Shown: positions 25,757 through 35,423 of the stretch, one piece after another
Position numbering within the stretch: the first letter of the stretch is position 1
How the letters are laid out: each line of letters begins with the position of its first letter
Assembly: GCA_048013815.1 (NCBI GenBank)
Contig: CM106586.1
Coordinates: forward strand, 18,848,001 to 18,912,000
Source: Setoptus koraiensis
Taxonomy: Eukaryota; Animalia; Arthropoda
DNA: 64,000 bases
Direction: 5' to 3'
Made by a program: the position numbers and the translations under genes
The notes under the pieces: generated by a model
The model's database searches: none
Seen by the model: only the letters and a program-made list of their open reading frames with translations
Told to the model about the DNA's origin: nothing

Positions 25757-27531
25757 CTGGTATTGTTTTCAAGACAAATATTAATGACATGTGCTCAGCT
25801 GGATGTATCTAAAAAGAGATTTTTCACTTTTGTCTTGTTCACTTACCTAATTTGATGCGGCGTTGCTTGAATGTTTTAGCAAACTGCTCCAACTCTTCTA
25901 AATCTGTTGAGTCATCAAGATTGACGCTACTCTGTAGATTGACATTGGCGTGATTCGTTGTAGGGGTGCTAGAGACACGCTCTGAATGTTGTTGGTTGAT
26001 ATCACATAAATTGTCAACATCCAAAACACTGGATCGATTGAGATCAGGTGAATCATTATGATGGTATTCATCGTTGTTTGAATCCCTCAATGACAAATTA
26101 GATAAGGAGGAACTAGAACGTTGTTCTTTTTGTTGCCTTCCGAAAGTATCATTATCTAAATTGTTTTGATTTAAGCGATTATTGTTGCGATCATTATTCG
26201 ATTCAGAGTTCTGACGTTGCTTTTCATCATCATCTAACCTGGTGTTAACATAATCGTTGTATCTAGACTTAGTGTAGCGCTTCAATGTGGCCTTAGTTTT
26301 CTTTTTAGTTTCATTATTAGATGTCTCATTGTCGCTCAAATCACTATCTTTGTCAGATACGCTACTATGTTGATCACTGTGGTAATCATAAGTGCTATCA
26401 TGATTCTTATTATTCGAATACCTATCGACTGTTGTTCGAGACGTGTTTCGATTCACCATAGAAAGGTCTTTGCTTGTCTGGTGATGACGCAATTCGGTGT
26501 TTGTCTGATTGTTATTTCGTTGGTTCATTTGTTTCTGTTGTTGTAGTTGCATTGATCTCAATTGGCTAACCGTCGGCGACCCACTCTGAATTCCAATAAT
26601 TTGTCTAGAGCCCTGCGATATCTTTGCCGACGACTGACGTTGGCTGGATTGTTGATTGCCGTGGTGACTCGGTTGAACTTGGTTATGTTGGTGCTGCTGC
26701 TGGTGATGGCTATGATCGTGATTGTGTTGTTGTTGTTGCTGTTGTTGGATTTGATGATCCGAAATAGAGTTGATATTGTATGCACCTGATTGAGAGAGAC
26801 CAAGACTAGCTAATAGGGCAGGATTACTGAGTAATTGTTGTGCTACTTGAGGGGTGGGTATCGATTGTGCATTATTCTGGGGCGACATAAGCATCAGATT
26901 AGTTGGTGTTTGTGAGCCTAAGGCAGCCTGTTGAAGTTGCTGCTGGAAGGCGGCTTGCAATTGATTGTTCAACTGATCGAGATTGTGCTGTTGCAAAGAA
27001 GATAACAATAAATTTTGCATGTTATGTTGCTGGTTGGGGTCCATCGATGGTAGCTGTTGCTGATGATTTGGTTGCTGTTGTTGAAGCTGACTTAATATGT
27101 GAGCCTGGGGTCCGGTGGTGGCCGCTGCTGCTGCAGCAGCAGCAGCGGCTGCCACCACAAGAGGATTCTGTTGTTGTTGTTGTTGTTGAGAATTTGAATG
27201 TTTTTGTTGGGCAAAGCTCTGTAGGCTCTGTTGAATCAAATTTTGCTGTCGGAAATTGCGGATAGGAGATGAGAGAAAGGAAAACGTTAACGGTTGTAAA
27301 ATTTTGGTTATGTGTTGCATGAAGGGTCGCATCAAGCTACATAAATGTGCTGTGTCTTACCTGATTTTGCATCAGAAACTGAGCCTGAAGAGCTCCCGGT
27401 CGCATGAACATAAGAGGATTGAATGGTGTTTGCTGACCCCTATGTTGTTGCTGTTGTTGTTGTTGCTGCTGCTGTTGTTGCTGTTGCTGGAAGAACTGCT
27501 GCAGGGCGCCAACATTTGGACCCATGGCCAT
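24087..27531 (-). CDS. nub: Class II POU-domain transcription factor (nubbin/pdm-like), copy A, 5'-truncated duplicate; 3 coding exons, 1079 aa from MAMGP
   Basis: Exons 27361-27531, 25847-27245, 24087-25756 sum to 3240 nt. GT-AG introns at 27246-27360 (phase 0) and 25757-25846 (phase 1). POU-specific domain and homeodomain are identical in protein to copy B. Frame stays open upstream to 27789 without ATG. Confidence 0.88.
25847..27245 (-). CDS. nub: Copy A middle exon
   Basis: Acceptor ttccgacag|CAA AAT at 27246; donor TTA G|gtaagt at 25846. Confidence 0.92.
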
Positions 27532-27786
27532 CGCCGATGAGTTGTCTGCAATGGGCTTGTTATTGGGACCGGTGGTGGATAGGCCGATATTGGCGTTGAT
27601 TGTGGTGCGGTGAATGGGAGGATTGTGTGGAATTTTTAAGGTTTGTGTCGAATTTGAGAATTGTGTCGAATTGGAGGCTGTCGGTGACGATAATTGATTG
27701 TCGTTGTCTTGGCGATGATGCTGATTGTTCGATGACTCGGCCTGTTGTTTTACTAATTTTTGCAGGTTGGCGCCGCTTGTGTCGCA
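27361..27786 (-). CDS. nub: Copy A exon homologous to copy B exon 3 (coding certain only from ATG 27531)
   Basis: Donor AAT CAG|gtaag at 27360. Open frame from 27789. Possible phase-0 acceptor aataacag|TGC at 27787, but no upstream exon was found. Confidence 0.6.
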
Positions 27787-27978
27787 CTGTTATTATATTA
27801 TATATATTATATTATTATTACTATTATTGTCGAATTGTTGCTGGCTACGAGTTGCGAATTGGCTCGTTGTCGGAGTTGGTCACTCGGCTCAAATGAGTGG
27901 TTTGTCGTGCAATGTTGAGTGTGGTTAATTAATAATGTGTGTTAATTGGCTTGTTGAGTCATGATTGTGATGACGATG

Positions 27979-27986
27979 ATGCAAAT
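27979..27986 (+). promoter_or_regulatory. Octamer ATGCAAAT (POU class II binding site), conserved in both paralogues
   Basis: gatgatGCAAATTA context retained at 54308-54315 in otherwise diverged non-coding DNA. Confidence 0.5.
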
Positions 27987-28560
27987 TATTGTCGTTGGCG
28001 ATTTGATGTCTGATTTGAATTGCGTGCAACAACAATGATAATAATTGAATAATCACATTTGAGATAATGGCTGCTCACATTGGATCACATTGTATTGAGG
28101 CAATTGCTGTGTTGATAATTGGTTCGCTGGGACGCGCACAGTCTGCACTGCACTGCACAAACACGGCACAACGGCAGAACAAAACAACAAAACAACAAAA
28201 AATTCTATATGTTCTATCAAAAAGTTCTATACGGTGTTTGTACGGCACTCGTTGTCGAACATTGACACAATAGCAACGCGCACACTAATCGAATGGCATG
28301 TTATTCGATCGTGTGTCGTCAAGCGTCGTCGAACTATACGAGCCCAAACTCCTCCCCCTTTTAACAGGCTCACAAATGCGAGCACAACCAACAACTAATA
28401 ACACCAACAACTAACAACTAACGCGCACACTGTGCCACTCTTGTGAATCATTCACAGTGCAAGCATGTTTGCATGTGTGCAGACGCGCGCACAAAGCTAG
28501 CTACTAACTGAAGCCAGCCAGACACTTTTGCATGGCCCATCAGAGCAGAGACTCATCTGC

Positions 28561-28570
28561 GCGCATGCGC
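28561..28570. promoter_or_regulatory. GCGCATGCGC palindrome (NRF1/Erect-wing-type motif)
   Basis: Conserved at 54837-54846 while the sequence immediately to its left has diverged. Confidence 0.4.
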
Positions 28571-28630
28571 ACTCGCCATGCTCCACAGTGAGATGCGCAA
28601 TTGGGCAAATTCACAGTTGCCAATTGTATA

Positions 28631-29168
28631 ACACAATGGATCATCAACAAATCGTCAGTATAGTCTGAATAGTACTCAGTGAGTAGTCACCGTTACAGAC
28701 CAAGACTGCACTGATCAAAACTGAGTTATCAAAAGTTATCAAAATCCTCTAAAACAATAGAGCGCAGCCCTCATTACAAACACTCTGATGATCGACATGG
28801 AAAAAAATCCAATCTAATGATCTCATCAACAGTGAAACTGATGATCACACCGACGGGGCTACTGCTTTTTGAGAACTTTTTTTTTTGAGAACAGAAGCCA
28901 CTGACTATCACAAGTCGCCCAGAGAATTGAGCAGAGAATCGCTAAAACTAAAACACGAGATTGCTTCATCTCAAGGAAATAGCAGAAATGAATCATATCT
29001 TATATCATATCGCTTGACGCTAGCTGCCACGAGACGAACAGCCTGTGTGCATCTCGACTTGTGACATGTATGACAAAATTGATCACAATTGATTGATTAG
29101 ATAGAATGGATTGCAATCTAAATGAAAAGATGTAGGTCTCACTTATTTATCTAATTGATTATCAATGA
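28631..29168 (+). pseudogene. Inverted, decayed fragment of the POU gene 3' end (C-terminal coding region plus proximal 3' UTR)
   Basis: Aligns to the reverse complement of ~23896-24465. Encodes KSSKTIERSPHYKHSDD and [27 protein letters not shown], followed by UTR match atctaaatgaaaagatgtaggtctcacttattt. Has a frameshift near 28810, TGA at 28870-28872 and a large internal deletion. Confidence 0.9.
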
Positions 29169-30850
29169 TTCAATGAATTGAATGATCTGAATCTCTCGCT
29201 TCCATTTATTTTTGGTTCTTGCTCGACATTTTTTTTCTTCACTTCTCGTCACTCACACCCTCTCCCGCGACCCGTGCCCCTTTTCTGCCACATCTCCCCA
29301 TGAAGGCCATCACTGCCTAGAAATTCACTTCCGTATCGAGACGAGAATTCTTTTTCTACAAGCTCAAAACTGTATTGGATTTTCGAAGGGGGTCGCGTGT
29401 GCTTTTGCACTCCATCTACGCACACACTCACACCAGCACGCATATGAATTGTGCGCTCGCGCATCGACAAACCGAGGGGGAAACCGAATGGAATTTCAAC
29501 ACACAGAAGGGGGTCACGTGTTTTTCTTGTCTCACTTAGGGCCCCTAAGGTAGGCGAGTGCCGTTCCAAAAATAAACGCTCAATTCAACGAGAGAATTTT
29601 TAATTTTTCGTGCTTCATTTGGCTGTTGCGATAGTCGGATATTTGGGCAAGTTATCGCGATCAATCTGGCAGCTTGCAATATCAGAATATTCAATATAGT
29701 GACGCGTTTATGATTGTTGAAGTTTGTTTGTGGCCACTTGTTACTAACTAGTCGCTCATGACAGACTCGTGCTGGTTGTTTTGTTGTTTTGTGTGTACAA
29801 GCCACGACAAGTGTTGTTTGTCAGTGTGTGTGTGTGTTTATTTGTGCCACAAATACAAATTATCTCTCATGTGTGTGCCTGCTGAATCTTAATTACTGCA
29901 TCACATTGATTGTGACTCGCAATTTGCGCCGGAGACTCATCAATGTTTTTGGTTGTTGCTGTTGTTGTTGCTGTTGTTGTTGCTGCTGTTGTTGCTGTCG
30001 TTGTTGGCATTGTTCGCGGCCCATTAAGAGCAACGCGGCGGCTGTCACGCCGGCGCTGACCACTATCAGTAGTGGCCATTCAACAGTGACTGGTGCGGTC
30101 GACAGTGCGCCGCAACCACTGCCCAGCAAGCTAGTGCAACAATTATACAATTACACAGCAACAAGTTGCCTATATATATATATACATGTAATGTCGACTT
30201 GCACAACAGTGGGCCATTAATTAATGTCATTGTGCACTCGACCATTATGCAACTCATGGCGCGGCTCCGATTGCTGACTGGCGGCTGCTCGTCGGACGCT
30301 GCTCCGCTGTTTCGCGCTGCTTCGCACTGCCTCGCTCTCGCACTGCCTCGGTCTCGCACTGGCTCGGTCTGGCCCGACGAGTCAGCGATGCCGCAATGGT
30401 GCCAGTTTGCTCATTTAGTCGCACTCTAACGACGCCACCAGCACTAATTAGTGATAGTCACAATTAGTGACGCTCACAAAGCGCCCAAAACAGCACGCAA
30501 TCACGTTCCTGCCTTTCCCTTGGCGCTGCATGGCCGCCGATGTTGTGCGGTTATGTCACTGCGCCACACACTTGCTGCCACTTTGCCACAGTCACTTGGA
30601 GTAACACTAAACACACTGTAAACACGGCCACAAACAAATGATGCCAACAACCACTTGTTGCCGGCCCTCATTTGTTGCCGGCCGTCATTTGCGGGCCGGC
30701 AAGTTGGCGAGTTTGCGAGCTGGCGAGTTTGCCAATGGCGAGCGCCGGCAAGTGCCAAATGATGACTGACATCGCCGGTCATGACAGACAAGCTCGTGTT
30801 TGTTTGTGCGCGTTCACTTTCAAATTTGTTTGTTCGCGCACACAAACCGT

Positions 30851-30930
30851 TGGAAACCATTAGAAGCCATTAGAAATTATTGGAAATCGCTGGAAATCGC
30901 TGGAAATCGCTGGAAATCGCTGGAAATTGT
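30851..30930. repeat. Minisatellite ~8 x 10 bp (TGGAAATCGC-like)
   Basis: Direct inspection. Confidence 0.85.
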
Positions 30931-32247
30931 CTCTAATTGTTGACGTCCAACGGTCGGCCCCAACTGGTGCTCATGTTTTCGTTGCGCCATCTCTCAGTGG
31001 TGGCGACCTCGTTCGCTCGGGCCGTCAGTGGCCCAAGACGAAAATGACCATCATCGATTATCGCTGAACCGGCCGCGCGCCGACCAAACAACCAATGTAA
31101 TGGCCATTGTTGTTGTTGTTGGCACAAACTCGCTACTCGAGCCACTCTCCACTCGAATGGCTCATAATACATTTATAATAACCGTTATTGTGCCGGCAAC
31201 GTCGAGTGTCGGACATTGACGAGGACAAGTGGACTGGCTCGTTTGTTTGTTGTCACTGCGTCTACCGGCCGCGTCTGTCGGTCGCGTCCATCGGCCGCCT
31301 CTATTGGCTCCGTCGACCACCTAGTGGCCGCTGGTCCATTCATGGCGGCCGACTGGTGTTTCGCATCAAGCTGTTTGGTGCACGCACCGGCGACGTGTCG
31401 GCCTGAGGCCGGCGAGCAAGCGCGGCGTTGGCCAGGTTATTGGCCTAGCTGGCAACTGGCACAAATCAAATGGGCTCATCGGCGCACCGTCGAACAGTCG
31501 ACAAACAATTACCTGCTTGCACGGCGCGAATCGACAAATGACTTGTCGTGTTTGGAGTGCGCATCGCCGGTTCGTGCAGCGCGCCTTCTCCAACCGGCAA
31601 CTCTCACTGTGAGCCTCAGAGAAGCCGAACAGAGAGAACAGCTCGGCCGATTGACGGCCACCGTTGCCCGAACAAGTATGGAAGAATTGTCGAACAAGTA
31701 TCGAAGAAGCGCTTCGAGCGCGAATTATCGCGCGCTGCACAATCCACGACACAGTGTGCAACTGCAGCACAACAATCACAGAGCAACAAATAGCAACAAT
31801 AACGATAACAACGACATGATCGAAATGGGAAACGCGCCGATTGATCGGGGCGAGCGTCGTCATGAGATCGATGAAACGTGCAACCGAATCCGTCCGACAG
31901 GCACAAAATTGAGCATCCAATTTAGCCGCGCGCACTGTATCCAGCGCTTACCTGTATGGGCTCAGGTAAGCGCACAGGTAAGCGCACAGGTAAGCGCACA
32001 GGTGAGCGAGCACGCGGCCAAGGCGAGCGGCTCCCATGCTACAGGCAGGCGGACAATTGGTAATTATGGTGATGGGATTCTGCGAGCCACTAGGTGAAGT
32101 AGCCAGGTGATGTGGGCTGGCGATTCGCCTCGGAGCGCTGACTGTTTGTGAGTGCGCTGGCTTGTGATGGCCGTGGCCACTGCCGGCAGCAACAGCGCCG
32201 CCAGTGGCCACGGACAGCAACTGCCGGGAAGCTCGTGCAACCTATAA

Positions 32248-32340
32248 TCTCTCGATGGTCTCTCGATGGTCTCTCGATGGTCTCTCGATGGTCTCTCAAT
32301 AATCTCTCAATAGTCTCTCAATAATCTCTCAAAAGTCTCG
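32248..32340. repeat. Minisatellite ~8 x 11 bp (TCTCTCGATGG grading to TCTCTCAATAA)
   Basis: Direct inspection. Confidence 0.9.
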
Positions 32341-34170
32341 CGGTGGCGAGTTGTTGCCGTCTTGCAAGCGCTCGTGTGTCGCTCGTGGGCCGGTTGCGAC
32401 GATTCGACGATTCGTCGATTGTCCGGCGAGAATTGGCAATTAGTCAGGAATGGCAATGTCCGGTTGTGTTCGGTTGTTGTTCGCAATGGAATGGACGAGC
32501 GATTTGCGCGCAATGGCCAATCGTGCCCATTGCGCCGATTGCGCCGATCGCGCCAACTGAGGATGCAATTGATTCAATTGCGCTCTCAATCAATCGGCCG
32601 GCCGTTTGGCCTGTGCACAAATGCAAATTAGGGGCGCGCACCATGCGAGATGCAAATAAATGCAACATTGCACTTGTTGGGCCTATTAAGTTGCGGCGCG
32701 ATTGTTGCTGTTGTGCGCACCATGATGCCAACAACAATCAACAATCAACAGGTAGGCAGGCAGGCAGGCAGCAGCCTTATTAATGAGCACACTAACTGGC
32801 CCAACATCCTAGTGGCCATCAGCTGATCAGTGGTTAATAATAGTTGTTGGCAATAGTTGCCGCTGTTCAATGGACAGTCGCATCTGTTGCGTCATTGCGG
32901 CAATTCGGCCACTCGGAATAGCTCGTTTAGTTGAGAAGAGTAGCCATGGTTTCAGCACGACGAGCATAGATGGCCGGAGATGAGATAAAAAAGGATGCGA
33001 CACACACACAATCCTATCGCGGCTTGTCGGCGGCAAACGCCGGCCAATATCGCCGCTGAAACAGTAATAATAATGATAATGCAGTAATAGCAATAATTAT
33101 GGTAATATCATGGTAATTCCGCGCCAGCCCATTTAATTTACAATTTACAATATGCGATTTGTGTGCCGTAATTGTAAGGCCCAACACAGGCCAGATTGAC
33201 ACACCGGCACAACTAATTGGTGCCTGGCGAATTGAGTCAAACGGGCGGCCGCCCGTTTACGTTGACGCCCCACTGACCATCACATGTCAGCTGAGTGCTC
33301 ATGACAACTCTGACGGCGGCTGTCAAACAGCAACGCTGGCCATGTGATCACGACGACAACTGTCAGCGGCACTGGTCACTATGACAGTTGTGCAGGTGAG
33401 TCACCAGTGGCGACTAGTGCCAGTGCCAGTGCCAGTGCCAGTGCGAGCGGCAGCAAAGAGTTGAGTAAAGTTGACACGAGGCACCGCTGTCAATAATTGA
33501 AAATTGCAGCCAGTAATTAGCTGACTGACTGACAGTTGTCAGTCAGTCAGCTGTTTAAACGTTTTTACGTTTGCCGGCCGCACAGGTGAGTGTGCCATGG
33601 CGCATTTGTATTCACTGCTGTGTGTCGGCCATTCCCATGGCGGCAACATAGTAAACATAGTAAGCAAACGACACACACGCTAAAGAAGATGAATCGGCAT
33701 GCAATATTTTTTTGTTGCCAAAAATTGCAAAAATATTGAAATAATAAAATTGAAATAAATCGCTGGCTGGCAAGCACAAGAGTTGGCAAGACGACACTCG
33801 ACAGTTGGCTGGCGATCTGTGGTGAGATATGCGACAACGACACGCCAGCGACTGGCGGGGCTGCGACGAGGCGGCCACGAAGAGTTATTACTAAACTCGG
33901 CGTGTGTGTGTGTGTGATTGGAATACTAATTAGATTATTGTAATTAGCTGGCATAATTACAAATCGCTGGCAGTGTCGCCGTTCGCTCGACGGATTGCGT
34001 ACGATTCGCCGGCTTCTTGCGATTTCAATACAAAACTTGATATAAAACGCAATGCGAAACAGACTCAATTGAAACATGATCAATTCGACGTTGCAACGTC
34101 GAGCGGCCAACGGGCACCGCAGCCAGCCGGCGAAACAGGTTGATCTCATAAGGATACTGCTCTTGTGCGC

Positions 34171-34257
34171 GAATATCACTGAATATCACTGAATATTGCT
34201 GAATATTGCCGAATATTGCCGAATATTGCTGAACATTGCTGAATATTACTGAATGTT
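34171..34257. repeat. Minisatellite ~8.5 x 10 bp (GAATATTGCY-like)
   Basis: Direct inspection. Confidence 0.9.
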
Positions 34258-35323
34258 AGGATATTCAGGCGTATGCCCGAATATCCCCGAATATCGCCGG
34301 CTGACATTGCTGACGAAATTGCCGACTTGCGCTGCCGACGAACGTTGCCCACTGCTACTGCCGACGAGTTTGCTGACATTCGGCATGCCGGCATCTCGCC
34401 AGCGATCAGCGTTGCCAGCGATCGACGTTGCCAGCGATCGACGTTGCCAGCGATCGATGCTGCCAGCAGCGACTCGATGCAAATTTTTCTCAATCATTTC
34501 TCGGCCTGAGTTCGGTTAGACTTTTGAGCGGAAAGTTTTGAGTCGCAACCCGAGCGACTGGCAACCCAAAACGCACACAGCCAAGCACAAAATAAACACA
34601 TTAAACGTTTATTGTAATGTGTGTTTGAACAGGCGAGCTCTCGACAAAAACGGCATTGATCACCAGCGATCACAATACAGGTAATAATGACGACTGTCAC
34701 TCGCACAACAGCTCACCTTGAGCTGTAAGGACAGTTTTTTGCGCTGCAATAATAAGACAATCGACCACTTCAGGGCGACAGCCCAAACTAGATTGAGCCG
34801 CGATTCTTGGCCACCGTTTCGACAGTTGCGATTGTCGTAACGAGAGCATCGATTATTGTGTTATTAAAAGGGCAACCTTCGAGCCCTCGAACTGGCAGCT
34901 CACAACTCAAACGGCTCGCCCGACGATTGCATTGTTTGGCTGCTGCTGCCGGCTAATTGCGTGCCATGGCGAGCGACGCTTATTAGCCCACTGCGATCGG
35001 CGTTGTGCGTTGCATTTGAATCGAGAGTCAAAAATTAAATTTGTAATTGATTTGACAGCATCCAGCGACAGGCCGGCGTCTCAGCCGTTGGAGGCTGGCG
35101 ATTGGCGGTTGCGAGCTGGCGATTGGCGGTTGCGAGCTGGCGACTGGAAACCGGCGACTGGCGTTCGGCATTCGGCTATCGGGGGCGAGAGAATCCTCAG
35201 TGCGATCGGCGAAATACCCGATGCTCGGGCGGATTTTGCGCCCCGATTGCGAACTGTGGCGCGATTCGATACAGTTTGACGCGGTCCGTTGTCGAACGTT
35301 CGCAGCTAACGCATACGAGCGGA

Positions 35324-35423
35324 CGACAGCGAACGGATAATCGGGCGACAGCGAACGGATAATCGGGCGACAGCGAACGGATAATCGGGCGACAGCGAAC
35401 GGATAATCGGGCGACAGCGAACG
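35324..35423. repeat. Minisatellite 4.5 x 22 bp (CGACAGCGAACGGATAATCGGG), perfect
   Basis: Direct inspection. Confidence 0.95.

Larger units (their letters stand above)
23296..28592. repeat. Segmental duplicate, copy A block (direct repeat of 49525-54868)
   Basis: Homology starts sharply at ccgaatcaactctcatattgctc (23296/49525) and ends at ccacagtgag (28592/54868). Confidence 0.92.

Noticed and set aside
25757-25790. N-terminus [11 protein letters not shown] of the 567-aa ORFs (also 51991-52024)
   Set aside because: Intronic read-through upstream of the acceptor; the POU domain is completed by splicing to the KLG exon.
27246-27335. N-terminus [26 protein letters not shown] of the 498-aa ORF
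   Set aside because: Lies in a GT-AG intron; the homologous intron in copy B has an in-frame stop.
24087-27531. Copy A as a retrogene
   Set aside because: It retains both introns and upstream intronic sequence, so it is a DNA-level duplication.
24150-27540. Plus-strand ORFs overlapping the POU exons (also 50384-53594)
   Set aside because: Antisense shadows of real coding sequence; shared between copies only because of the duplication.
29535-29549. Helitron 3' hairpin
   Set aside because: No CTRR terminus at the expected distance on either strand.
29893-30150. Minus-strand poly-Q ORF as a replacement first exon for copy A
   Set aside because: No consensus donor found after the Gln tract and no similarity to copy B exons 1-2.
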